A DNA stretch of 64,000 nucleotides from Gammaproteobacteria bacterium (lineage in GTDB: Bacteria; Pseudomonadota; Gammaproteobacteria; CAJXQU01). The notes beneath the pieces were generated by a model, which made no database searches, had not been told where the DNA came from, and saw only the letters and a list, made by a program, of their open reading frames with translations. The stretch's first letter is position 1; the number at the start of each line of letters is the position of its first letter. Shown here piece by piece: positions 10,757 through 20,040 of the stretch. The position numbers and the translations under genes were made by a program. The DNA lies in contig CBDEGZ010000003.1 in assembly GCA_965238175.1 (NCBI GenBank), forward strand, positions 768,001-832,000, read 5' to 3'.

Positions 10757-11509
10757 TCAGTAAAGATAAATAGCATTACAGTCTTGACTATCAGTACTGA
10801 CATCCCAAAGTAAAGCGGGGGCTGTTCCTGTTGTGCAATTACCTCCATTTTGTGCAACAGCACCATAATCCGTAGAATTAGGTGTAGTTACCCTCAAAAC
10901 ACCATTCCCAGGTCTTCCATCATCTATTTTCGTATCCAACTCTGAAAGAATCGCTACAGGCGTATTCCTACCCATATAAAACCCTAATTTTACTGTTGCC
11001 GCACCTAGATATTGATTTGTACTTCCGAGTAAAACTCTAGTACTAAAAGGATTTGTGGGTGCAACATTTTGTGTGGCACCAGTATAAGCTGCGGGAGTAC
11101 CAGCTACACCCGTATAATCGTTTACTAGAAAACCCGAAGCACTCAAATGCTTCCATACCGCTGCAGCTTCTGTAAAACTGCCTTGGCCAAGTCTGCCGTT
11201 TCCATTCCCGCCTGGACCCGTAGCCGCACAACTGGTGACACCCATTTGAGACGCACCTATAGCATTACACGCTGCTAGAGGAAGCATATCTCCAGGAATT
11301 GCTCTGTAACGATCAATAAATCCAAAATAAGCAGCCTGAACTGAAGAATTCAGATCAGCCATATTTCGCACTCGAGCACTATTTGCTAACTCTTGTCCTT
11401 TTAAAACACCGCCTAGAAGCAATCCAATAATAACCAGCACAATTGCAATCTCGACGAGTGTGAACCCCTGCTGTTTTGAATATTGTTGTGTATTTTTTAT
11501 TGTATTCAT
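10757..11509 (-). CDS. Type IV pilin-like protein, candidate major pilin (start reassigned to ATG at 11509)
   Basis: MNTIKNTQQYSKQQG|FTLVEIAIVLVIIGLLLGGVLKGQEL class III signal peptide with E5; four Cys; the longer ORF start lies inside the sigma54 promoter. Confidence 0.9.
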   Translation of the reverse strand: MNTIKNTQQYSKQQGFTLVEIAIVLVIIGLLLGGVLKGQELANSARVRNMADLNSSVQAAYFGFIDRYRAIPGDMLPLAACNAIGASQMGVTSCAATGPGGNGNGRLGQGSFTEAAAVWKHLSASGFLVNDYTGVAGTPAAYTGATQNVAPTNPFSTRVLLGSTNQYLGAATVKLGFYMGRNTPVAILSELDTKIDDGRPGNGVLRVTTPNSTDYGAVAQNGGNCTTGTAPALLWDVSTDSQDCNAIYLY

Positions 11510-11552
11510 CAATTCTGCATCCTTAAATTTAGCTGTAACTAAATCAGGTATT

Positions 11553-11568
11553 AGCAGAAACCATGCCA
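11553..11568 (-). promoter_or_regulatory. Sigma-54 -24/-12 promoter of the pilin gene
   Basis: Minus strand TGGCATGGTTTCTGCT = GG-N10-GC, about 45 bp upstream of the ATG. Confidence 0.75.
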
Positions 11569-11574
11569 TGCAAA

Positions 11575-11587
11575 TAAGTCATTGATA
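11575..11587 (-). promoter_or_regulatory. IHF binding site next to the sigma-54 promoter
   Basis: Minus strand TATCAATGACTTA matches WATCAANNNNTTR. Confidence 0.6.
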
Positions 11588-11719
11588 TTTAAAGTAATTA
11601 ACATGATTTTACAATGTTAGATCGACCATTGTTGACGAGCTGACAACAGGACTGTTGAGATATCAACAGTTGTAGTTCATGAGGGATTCAAAATAGTCGG
11701 AACATTAACCTGAGTGAAC

Positions 11720-13108
11720 TTAATCCGGGAAACGATTCCAAGCATGTAGTGCAGCGATCTTATAGGCCTCTGCAAGTGTTGGATAATTAAAGACGTTATT
11801 CACAAAATAGTCCATTGTACCGCCCAATTGCATTACAGCTTGTCCGATATGGATCAATTCTGTTGCGCCTTCGCCGACAATATGTGTACCGATTAGACGA
11901 CGATCTTCCAGGCTGAAGATTAATTTTAGTAACCCTTCGCGCAGACCCAGGATCTGACCCCGAGAAGTTTCTCGGAAACGAGCCTCACCGACCTCGTAAC
12001 CGATGTTGCGTTCTTTGCAGTCACGCTCCGTAAGGCCAATTACACTCATTTCTGGAACGGCATAAATTCCAAATGGAAAGTCACTGAAACCAGCATCCGA
12101 TTTTTTGCCAAATGCATGACGGGCAGCAAGCCGTCCCTGTTCCATGGAGCTGGAAGCCAGGCTTGGGAAACCGATCACATCACCAGCAGCATAGATGTGT
12201 CTTACTTTTGTTGCGTAATGTTGGTTCACCTCTATCAGCCCACGACTGTCAGCTTCTAACCCTGCATTTTCAAGTCCAAGATCGGCAGTGTTTCCTTGAC
12301 GACCGGCGGCATATAAAACCATATCAGCACGTAGTTGTTTCCCACTGGATAAATGGACTTTCACGCGTTTTTTGCCAAGATGTTCTAGTCTTTCGACAGA
12401 TTCACCCATGCGTATCGACACACCCCTATCACGTAAGTGATGTTTAAACTCGTCAATAATTTCGCGATCGAGAAAGCTAAGCATCTCTTCACGACCATCG
12501 ACTAAGGTGACGTCGATATCAAGCGCGCTATAGATTGATGCGTATTCAACTCCAATGACACCTGCGCCGACCACAACCATATTGCGTGGTAGTTTTTCTA
12601 TTTCCAAAATATGATCACTATCAAGGACGCGTACACCATCGAAGGGGATATCGGGCGGTTGAACTGGCGAAGTACCGACCGCAAGCATAAATTTTTTCGC
12701 CTGGTATTGCTCTTCTTTACCTTTATGATCAACAACACGCACAGTATGTGGATCAACAAAACTAGCGCGACCGACGATTGAGGTTATACCATTTCGATAG
12801 AGTTGATGTTGAATAACATCGATTTCATGACGAGTAGTAATGTCTAAACGTTGTGTTAGATCTTGTGCAGTGATGCGTTCTTTTACTCGGTAGCTTCTTC
12901 CATAAAAACCTCTTTGCCTCCACCCCGTCAGGTAAAGAACGGTTTCGCGCAAGGTTTTACTGGGAATAGTCCCTGTGTGCAAGCAGTTGCCCCCCACAGC
13001 CGTGTGTTTTTCGATTATGGCGACAGACTTACCTAATTTTGCTGCCTGGATGGCAGCTCGTTGGCCGGCAGGGCCGCTTCCAATAACGATGAAATCAAAT
13101 TTATCCAT
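11720..13108 (-). CDS. sthA: Soluble (Si-specific) pyridine nucleotide transhydrogenase
   Basis: GSGPAG, GGNCLHTGTIPSKTLRE (CxxxxT variant), GAGVIG, FNYPTLAEAYK; probable start MDKFDF at 13108. Confidence 0.92.
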   Translation of the reverse strand: MDKFDFIVIGSGPAGQRAAIQAAKLGKSVAIIEKHTAVGGNCLHTGTIPSKTLRETVLYLTGWRQRGFYGRSYRVKERITAQDLTQRLDITTRHEIDVIQHQLYRNGITSIVGRASFVDPHTVRVVDHKGKEEQYQAKKFMLAVGTSPVQPPDIPFDGVRVLDSDHILEIEKLPRNMVVVGAGVIGVEYASIYSALDIDVTLVDGREEMLSFLDREIIDEFKHHLRDRGVSIRMGESVERLEHLGKKRVKVHLSSGKQLRADMVLYAAGRQGNTADLGLENAGLEADSRGLIEVNQHYATKVRHIYAAGDVIGFPSLASSSMEQGRLAARHAFGKKSDAGFSDFPFGIYAVPEMSVIGLTERDCKERNIGYEVGEARFRETSRGQILGLREGLLKLIFSLEDRRLIGTHIVGEGATELIHIGQAVMQLGGTMDYFVNNVFNYPTLAEAYKIAALHAWNRFPD

Positions 13109-13473
13109 AATTGTGAAAAATCTCAAAAGTAATGTTTTATGTGCTTCAAAGAAAGCAACAAATAAGCCAAAATTCAATGAATAATTTAATAGTGTGAACG
13201 GAAAGAATTTTAGCCTTTTCAGGGGAGCAGAAATTGGAATATATTAATTTGATGGTCAACGAGGGTGGTAGTCATCAGCAAACCAAGGAAATATCTGACG
13301 TAGGCGCAACTGCCATATCACGCCAGCAGCAACAATACCTTGCCGAAATAAAGGAACAAACATTCCAAAGAAAAAAGCCTTAACTGAAAAACAACTTTGG
13401 CGTGAGAAACGGGATCATGAACTCACAGTTACTTTTTTCATTAGAATTTTGTTCTTAAATTCAGACTTTCAAA

Positions 13474-15291
13474 CTAACTACTGTAAGGGACATCCAGATA
13501 AAAAGTGGCACCTTTTCCTTCGGTAGCATCAGCACCAAAATTGTGCTCAAGTAATCTTGCTGTATGCGAAACAATTGATAGACCCAGACCTAAACCTTGA
13601 TCATTTTTTTTATTTTTTCTTTTACTGATCGTTTTGCCTCGATAAAATTCTTCAAAGATATTATTTTTTGTTTCTTGATCAAACCCTGGCCCTGTATCAC
13701 AAACCTGAAGACGTAATTCTTCATCTTTTATGATCGCTTCAAGTGAGATTTCTCCAGCTTCGGTATATCGGATTGCATTGCTTAATAAATTACGCAAAAT
13801 TCTTTCTAGCAAGATTGGATCAGAAGTAATAATCCCTTTTACGTTTACTACTTTTAGTTGAAGATTTTTTTCTTCTGCGAGAATCGAGAAGTCTTGTTCT
13901 AGCTTATGTAATAAATCTTCAATCCTGAAATTACTGATCTTAGGTTGAAGCTGACCAGCTTCAAGCCTGCCCAGGTCGAGTAGCGAGTTGAACATGTCTT
14001 GCATGGATTGAACTGATATTTTTATTCTGTCGATCAAATCGGTTTTTTTGGGATCTGAAGAAACTTCTTTTTGGAGTAGATCGGTATAAAGCGAGAGAGT
14101 GTTGAGAGGTTGACGCAGATCATGACTGGCGGCACGTAAGAATCTCGACTTGGAAAGATTCTCTTCAACCGCTTCGGTTTTTAACGCACGTTCTTTTTTT
14201 ACTTTTTGCTGCGAGAGTAATAATTGGCGAGCACGAAGTTGGGAAAGAAACAGGTATAAAGAGATTAACGATGTGATCAAAATACCACTGATTACCCCAA
14301 GATAAGGTAATTTTGATCCGTTCCATTTACCTATAGTTATATTACTTTCGGTTGAAGATTTAAAAACCGCAACCCATTGTCTATCACCTACGGTGAACCT
14401 GCGTATCCAATGAGGTGTTTGTAACTGATCAATTGCGGCAACTTTTTTGATCAATTGAGCCTTGTTTTCTCCAGAAGAGTCACTACCGAAGTGAAATAAA
14501 AACTGTTCATTTTTTCTGGCTGATGCATCTAGTAATGTGATATCCAGATCCGTTTCATCGGCAAACATGCTCTGGAATAACCCAGTTATATCAAACTGCC
14601 CCATTGCAAAACCAGAGATAGATGAAATACCTTCATAATTTTTCTTACCCGATAGTGGCACCGGCAAAAATGCCTGAAAACCAAACTGACCCCTACCGTT
14701 ATATAAGTGAATACGTCGTGTTACGGCGGTGGTTTTATGATTGACAGCGGCTTGCATTGCACGCCATTTAGAAGGAACCGCAGCAAGATTCATTCCTTCA
14801 CTCAAACGCTCATCGCGTAATGAGATCAAGTGGTAGATGGGAAACGAATCGCCTTGTTTTAGGCTAGTACCCGGCATTCCATGCCCTGTCACTTCGAAGA
14901 TATTAAATCTGGCAGACACCTCATCTCGTGCTTTAGCTATAAAGCCATTTCGTGCTTCATTACTCACTCGCGGCACCCAACCAAGAGCAATGGTTCCTTC
15001 ATGGAAAGCCGCATCTGAGAGGACAAAAATCTCAAATGCTTCGCGACTGACGGATTCACTAGCTCTGTATAGAGCGGCAATTGATGTTAATGATTCAAGT
15101 CCTAGATCGAGCCTTTCTTGAAGTTGTTCTGCCTTCGCTTCATAGCGACGCTTTATTTCTGTACGAAGGCTTTCTTGCGAGTATTCAAGTAAAACATTAA
15201 AGCCCCATGCGGTTAGCAGCAAACCCAACGCAAAAACGGTTCCGGTCAGGATAAAGGGCCATTTTAATAACTGTCTATTTATTGATGCCAC
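13474..15291 (-). CDS. CHASE-domain sensor histidine kinase
   Basis: TM - periplasmic CHASE-like region (VSREAFEIF, ALGWVPRV, FPIY, GMNL) - TM; H-box ASHDLRQP; N-box NLLSNAIRYT; DTGPG; GLGLGL; no receiver domain. Confidence 0.9.
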   Translation of the reverse strand: MASINRQLLKWPFILTGTVFALGLLLTAWGFNVLLEYSQESLRTEIKRRYEAKAEQLQERLDLGLESLTSIAALYRASESVSREAFEIFVLSDAAFHEGTIALGWVPRVSNEARNGFIAKARDEVSARFNIFEVTGHGMPGTSLKQGDSFPIYHLISLRDERLSEGMNLAAVPSKWRAMQAAVNHKTTAVTRRIHLYNGRGQFGFQAFLPVPLSGKKNYEGISSISGFAMGQFDITGLFQSMFADETDLDITLLDASARKNEQFLFHFGSDSSGENKAQLIKKVAAIDQLQTPHWIRRFTVGDRQWVAVFKSSTESNITIGKWNGSKLPYLGVISGILITSLISLYLFLSQLRARQLLLSQQKVKKERALKTEAVEENLSKSRFLRAASHDLRQPLNTLSLYTDLLQKEVSSDPKKTDLIDRIKISVQSMQDMFNSLLDLGRLEAGQLQPKISNFRIEDLLHKLEQDFSILAEEKNLQLKVVNVKGIITSDPILLERILRNLLSNAIRYTEAGEISLEAIIKDEELRLQVCDTGPGFDQETKNNIFEEFYRGKTISKRKNKKNDQGLGLGLSIVSHTARLLEHNFGADATEGKGATFYLDVPYSS

Positions 15292-15401
15292 CTATTATTC
15301 CGAAGGTTATAGTCCGTCCTGCATATTGTTATGTAGCAAGATCAATTCCATACTTATCTCGCATGTTTAAAAAACATATAAAACTAAAGGAGATGTATAT
15401 A

Positions 15402-15878
15402 ATGATCAACAAAACTATTCTAATCGCTTTTCTTTCATTATTCACAGTTGCTAGCAATGCAGCAGATGGCGCGCTAACAGTTTCTAAACAGGCTGTGCTT
15501 GATGTACCACCTTCAACTGCCTGGGCATTGCTGGGTGACTTTAATGGTTTGAACAACTGGCATCCTGCTGTGGCAGACAGTGAGTTAAGTTCTGATGGTC
15601 AAAAACGAGTATTAACATTGGGTGATGGCGCAAAAATCTATGAAACACAACTCAACCATAGTAACTCTAATATGTCTTATACCTACAAAATAACTGAGTC
15701 ACCATTACCGGTATCTGATTATGTTTCAACTATCAAAGTTGAACGTAATACAATGGGAACTTCTACTGTTACATGGTCTTCAAGCTTTAATGCCGCTGGT
15801 GTACCTGATGAGAAAGCCGTCGAAATTATTTCTGGCGTTTATGGCGGTGGCTTACAGTCGTTAGAGACCTTATATTAA
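15402..15878 (+). CDS. Secreted SRPBCC/START-fold (MxaD-like) protein
   Basis: RBS AAGGAG, signal peptide ...ASNA, AWALLGDFNGLNNWHPAV, RVLTL, YTYKITESPLPVSDY, TVTWSSSF, YGGGLQSL. Confidence 0.85.
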   Translation: MINKTILIAFLSLFTVASNAADGALTVSKQAVLDVPPSTAWALLGDFNGLNNWHPAVADSELSSDGQKRVLTLGDGAKIYETQLNHSNSNMSYTYKITESPLPVSDYVSTIKVERNTMGTSTVTWSSSFNAAGVPDEKAVEIISGVYGGGLQSLETLY

Positions 15879-15893
15879 GATTTGATTTGATCT

Positions 15894-16057
15894 TGAAACC
15901 TTTACACGGAAGAGTATCTTGTTTCCAAGCAAGGCAAAAACACGCACAAAAGAGGGAGTTTATGTTTTATAAATGACCAATTGAGCATGTTTTATCAACA
16001 GTAGGCGCTATAGGCAACACCGCACAGGAGCAAAATAACTTTCGTGTGATGGTTTCA
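15894..16057. mobile_element. MITE-like non-autonomous element (about 164 bp)
   Basis: Imperfect TIRs of about 30 bp: left TGAAACCTTTACACGGAAGAGTATCTTGTTTCC; right (reverse complement) TGAAACCATCACACGAAAGTTATTTTGCTCC; no ORF inside. Confidence 0.6.
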
Positions 16058-16058
16058 G

Positions 16059-16085
16059 CTATGACAGTCTTGATGGCTGTCGTAG
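16059..16085. promoter_or_regulatory. Inverted repeat upstream of the response regulator
   Basis: CTATGACAGTC-ttgat-GGCTGTCGTAG. Confidence 0.35.
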
Positions 16086-16115
16086 TTCTTTCAAGTAACG
16101 TATTATGTTGCGCAT

Positions 16116-16730
16116 ATGGACATCCTAATCGCCGACGACCACCCACTATATCGCGATGCGCTTAGTATGCTCGTGCAACAACTTGATGATGTGGTGAATA
16201 CCACGACTGTGACTTGTTACGATGATGTGATCGAGCATCTTCGACAAGAGAACCAACCAAACCTGATTTTAGTTGATCTGCATATGCCTGGTATTGATGC
16301 GTGGCAGGGTATAAAAACCCTGCGCGGAATTTGCCCAGATATACCTGTGGTGGTGATCTCTTCCTCTGAATCTGAACAAGATAGTTCAAAAGCATTGGAA
16401 CTCGGAGCGCTTGGGTTTATCCCAAAATCGCTTGATGGCGATAGTATGGTGAATGCGCTGAAGTTGATCGTCGAGAACGGCATCACCATTGCTCCGATCA
16501 TGAAACGTTCAGTCATAGAAGAAACACCAACCTCATCAATGTTAACTCCTCGCCAGAATGAGGTTTTACAACATCTTGCCAATGGAGAATCCAATAAGGT
16601 CATTGCCCGTGAACTCGATCTTTCTGAAGGAACCGTCAAACTACATGTTCGTGCTGTTTTCACCGCATTGAATGTCAGTAATCGAACGCAAGCCGTTAGA
16701 GCAGCTGAAAAAAAGGGGCTAGTCGATTAA
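16116..16730 (+). CDS. NarL/LuxR-family response regulator
   Basis: IADDHP, DLHMPG phospho-Asp, GFIPK, LTPRQ...SNKVIARELDLSEGTVKLHV HTH. Confidence 0.95.
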   Translation: MDILIADDHPLYRDALSMLVQQLDDVVNTTTVTCYDDVIEHLRQENQPNLILVDLHMPGIDAWQGIKTLRGICPDIPVVVISSSESEQDSSKALELGALGFIPKSLDGDSMVNALKLIVENGITIAPIMKRSVIEETPTSSMLTPRQNEVLQHLANGESNKVIARELDLSEGTVKLHVRAVFTALNVSNRTQAVRAAEKKGLVD

Positions 16731-16856
16731 GTTTTTACAGAATATTTATCATGGTATATTTCTATAACAAAATATTAAATTAACAATACTTCCACAATAA
16801 TTACTTTGCCAATAAAGCCATAAAAATAAAACAATACTAATAATTAAAGAATAACA

Positions 16857-17627
16857 ATGTTCAAAATTGCCACATGGAATCTCAACTCTCTTAAAGTACG
16901 CCATGATCATGTACTCGACTGGTTAGCAGCTGAACAGCCAGATGTTCTAACTTTACAAGAAACGAAAACCCAAGATCAAAACTTTCCATTAGAAGCCATC
17001 AATACCGCTGGTTATCAAGTCTCTTTTGCTGGCCAAAAGACCTTTAATGGTGTCGCAACACTGAGTAAAATTTCTGCACAAGATGTAATCACCGATCTGC
17101 CTGATTTTGAAGATCCCCAACGTCGTGTGATGGGTTGTCGTATTGGTGATGTTTTTGTACTCAATTTATATGTTCCAAATGGATCGGACGTGGGAACAGA
17201 AAAATATGCGTATAAACTCAATTGGCTAAAAGCACTTCATAACTATGTAAAGCAGCTATTAGAAAAAGAGAGGCATGTTATTTTGTTGGGTGACTTTAAT
17301 ATCGCACCCGAAGATCGCGATGTTCACGATCCTGAAAAATGGGAAGGTGGTGTTTTAGTGAGCGAACCTGAAAGGGAAGCACTTACCAAAATTCAAAATG
17401 AAGGTTTGGTTGATGTTTTTCGTTTATTTGATCAAGAAGAAAAATCTTTCTCATGGTGGGATTATCGTATGCTGGGTTTTCAGCAAAATCATGGTCTTAG
17501 AATTGATCTGATTTTAGCAAGCCAAAAACTAAGCGGTTTTTGTACTTCATGCAGAATTGATAAAGACCCACGACGACTTGAAAAACCTTCTGATCACACC
17601 CCTGTTATTGCGGAGTTTGCCTTGTGA
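16857..17627 (+). CDS. xthA: Exodeoxyribonuclease III
   Basis: IATWNLNS, LQETK, YVPNG, GDFNIAP, FSWWDYR, RIDLIL, SDHTP. Confidence 0.96.
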   Translation: MFKIATWNLNSLKVRHDHVLDWLAAEQPDVLTLQETKTQDQNFPLEAINTAGYQVSFAGQKTFNGVATLSKISAQDVITDLPDFEDPQRRVMGCRIGDVFVLNLYVPNGSDVGTEKYAYKLNWLKALHNYVKQLLEKERHVILLGDFNIAPEDRDVHDPEKWEGGVLVSEPEREALTKIQNEGLVDVFRLFDQEEKSFSWWDYRMLGFQQNHGLRIDLILASQKLSGFCTSCRIDKDPRRLEKPSDHTPVIAEFAL

Positions 17628-18172
17628 AAAATATGAAAAAGATTTTTTTTTACCTCCTGTTTGTTATTTCTAATCCTCTTTTTGCCGGTGAATTAAATGG
17701 CCCGCACAATCACGGCGAAGTTGAGTTACTCGCACTATGGCATGACAACAAGCTAAAAATCACCTTGGTTGCAAGTGCGCAGGATCTACTTGGTTTTGAA
17801 CGTGAGCCCGCAACTGCAAAAGAAAAAAAGACCTTACGAAATTTTGATAAAAAATATAATCCTTTCAAATTGCTTGAAATCAATTCAGAAGCAGAATGTG
17901 ATTACTCAAAAGGCTATTCAGAATCAGAACTGTTTTCGGCAGCACCTCACAAACATGGCATGTTAGATGAAACTCACACGCATGAGCTCGGATTAGAAGG
18001 CCATATCGATTTTCTTATGTATTCGGAATATAAATGCGATAACGCTCCGGTTATAACGTTCGAACTATTTAATTTATCGCCATCCGTCAAAAAAATTAAC
18101 GTGCATGAAAACACCATCGATGGAGAGATATTAACAACATTATCGAAACAAAATAATGAGCTCAAATTTTAA
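17624..18172 (+). CDS. His-rich periplasmic metal-binding protein, DUF2796/ZrgA-like
   Basis: Signal peptide, PHNHG, S-A-x-D-L-L-GFE-x-x-P, two Cys, His-rich loop HKH...HTHE...GH. Confidence 0.72.
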   Translation: MKNMKKIFFYLLFVISNPLFAGELNGPHNHGEVELLALWHDNKLKITLVASAQDLLGFEREPATAKEKKTLRNFDKKYNPFKLLEINSEAECDYSKGYSESELFSAAPHKHGMLDETHTHELGLEGHIDFLMYSEYKCDNAPVITFELFNLSPSVKKINVHENTIDGEILTTLSKQNNELKF

Positions 18173-18743
18173 ACAACTTATTTTATCCTGCTTAATCTTT
18201 TTTCCTTCCTTAACCTTCGCTCACGCAATTGAAGGCAATGGTTTTATGGCTGGGTTGTATCATCCAGTTTTTGGGCTTGACCATTTACTAGCAATGCTTG
18301 CCGTTGGCATTCTCAGCACACAAATCGGTGGCAAAGCCATCTGGACTGTACCCGCAAGCTTCGTCACGATCATGTTGGTTTCTGGGTGGGTTGGTATGGA
18401 GGCTCTAGTGGATTTATCCACTACCCAGGTTGAAAATGGAATTATTTTTTCTGTTATTTTGTTGGGATTTTTGATCGCATTTGAAAAAAACATGCCCACC
18501 TTGCTAGCAATGTTATTCGTTGCTTTCTTTGCGATTTTTCACGGCTACGCGCACGGTATTGAAGTTCCAGCAAAAGCCAATCCTTACTATTTTGCAGCCG
18601 GTTTCGTGATCAGTACAATTGTAATTCATCTTGCAGGTGTTTTGATCGGTTTTATCGCTGGACGATGGAAAATTTCTACGACTTTATTACGCTATGCTGG
18701 TGCTGTAATGATGGGTATGGGAATACAAATGTTATTAGGATAA
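18156..18743 (+). CDS. HupE/UreJ family Ni/Co transporter
   Basis: AHA..., GLYHPVFGLDHLLAMLAVG, FHGYAHGIE. Confidence 0.92.
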   Translation: MSSNFKQLILSCLIFFPSLTFAHAIEGNGFMAGLYHPVFGLDHLLAMLAVGILSTQIGGKAIWTVPASFVTIMLVSGWVGMEALVDLSTTQVENGIIFSVILLGFLIAFEKNMPTLLAMLFVAFFAIFHGYAHGIEVPAKANPYYFAAGFVISTIVIHLAGVLIGFIAGRWKISTTLLRYAGAVMMGMGIQMLLG

Positions 18744-18766
18744 TATCTCAATTCCGGGTTTCAAAT

Positions 18767-19372
18767 CTAATTCAAAAACTTCAATAATTTTTTATCTTTA
18801 ACGACAGCAGAGAGTGCCTTTGAAACAATCTTATTGATCATTTTTTCATTCTGACTGGCCAGTGGTGTGATCAAAACTTCTTCTTCAATACTTGCTGCAT
18901 ATTTACTAGTGAAACTTTTGTCTTTTTTATTACACTTAACTCTCAACAAAATATTATTCTTAATCACTTTGGGAAATTTTTTGCCAAGTATTTCGTAACC
19001 CAAACTTTCAACAAAAATTGTCATGTCGATATCTGTAGCATTTGAATTAATCATATTAAAACCATAACCACTCAGGGCACCAACAAGTTCTTGTCTAATC
19101 GGTTCTTCAGATCCGCCGTTAATAGTTAAAAGGGCCGTATCAGAATAAATCCCACCACGCGTACCCAATACTTTAGAGGGGCGTTCGTCAACCACTTTTA
19201 AATCGATTGAGCGTGATCGGCCGATATCTTTTTTATCGACGGTAATCGACGGATTAAGACTAATAGATTGAGGACTCACAGCGCATCCAGAAACAGAAAT
19301 TAATCCGCTAAAAAGAGTTAGATAAAGTAATTTATACAATATACTTTTACTTGAATAACTATTCTGGCTCAT
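18767..19372 (-). CDS. YajG-family lipoprotein
   Basis: Lipobox VSGC, CAVSPQSI, VVDERPSKVLGTRGG, NEKMINKIVSKAL. Confidence 0.75.
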   Translation of the reverse strand: MSQNSYSSKSILYKLLYLTLFSGLISVSGCAVSPQSISLNPSITVDKKDIGRSRSIDLKVVDERPSKVLGTRGGIYSDTALLTINGGSEEPIRQELVGALSGYGFNMINSNATDIDMTIFVESLGYEILGKKFPKVIKNNILLRVKCNKKDKSFTSKYAASIEEEVLITPLASQNEKMINKIVSKALSAVVKDKKLLKFLN

Positions 19373-19994
19373 CCTGTTTTCCATACCTTTTGAATTTTTC
19401 AATATTAATCGCTATTTCTTGCTTTGAAAGAATGACTGGCTCGCCGATTTGTAAAGTGAGAAAATATTGCTTTGCTAATTCTTCGACTTGAGTTGCCATA
19501 TCAAACGCGTGTTTTAAACTTTCACCCACAGCAAGCATGCCATGATTTGCTATCAAACAAGCTTTCCGATCTTGCATTGCAACTAGTATGTTGTCAGACA
19601 ATGCTTGCGTGCCGAAAGTTGCATATTCAGCACAGCGGATCGTGTCTCCACCCGCTTCTGCAATCATATAATGGAATGGCGGAATATCTTTTTGTAAGCA
19701 AGCCAGTGCTGTTGCGTAAGTAGAATGTGTGTGAACTATTGCTCCAACATCAGCTCTTTTCTGGTAAAGATCAAAGTGAAAACGCCATTCACTTGAGGGT
19801 TGTAATTGATCATCAGTACGCTTTCCATCGTTATCGATAAAAACAATCTGTTCTGAACTTAAACTCTCATTTGGAATTCCGGTGGGCGTGATCAGAAAAC
19901 CATTTTTCACCTGAATACTGAGGTTCCCTGTCCTGCCAGTAGTCAATTTCTTAGCTGTTTTTACAACTAATTTTCGTTTTAATGTTTGACTCAT
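19359..19994 (-). CDS. Class II aldolase/adducin family (FucA-like)
   Basis: GNLS, ITPTG, PSSEWRFH, HTHS, YATFGT, NHG metal-binding motifs. Confidence 0.9.
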   Translation of the reverse strand: MSQTLKRKLVVKTAKKLTTGRTGNLSIQVKNGFLITPTGIPNESLSSEQIVFIDNDGKRTDDQLQPSSEWRFHFDLYQKRADVGAIVHTHSTYATALACLQKDIPPFHYMIAEAGGDTIRCAEYATFGTQALSDNILVAMQDRKACLIANHGMLAVGESLKHAFDMATQVEELAKQYFLTLQIGEPVILSKQEIAINIEKFKRYGKQDEPE

Positions 19995-20040
19995 ATTAGG
20001 TGTAGGGCTGACAAATATAGATCTGATAAATAGTTAACTG

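Noticed and set aside
11510-11569. N-terminal extension MAWFLLIPDL... of the pilin ORF
   Set aside because: That ATG is inside the sigma-54 -24 element; the ATG at 11509 has an AAGGA RBS and gives a normal short leader
13252-13420. Coding-looking spacer between sthA and the kinase (43-aa plus ORF; hydrophobic minus-strand frame)
   Set aside because: No RBS and no recognisable family; could be a remnant but cannot be supported without blastx
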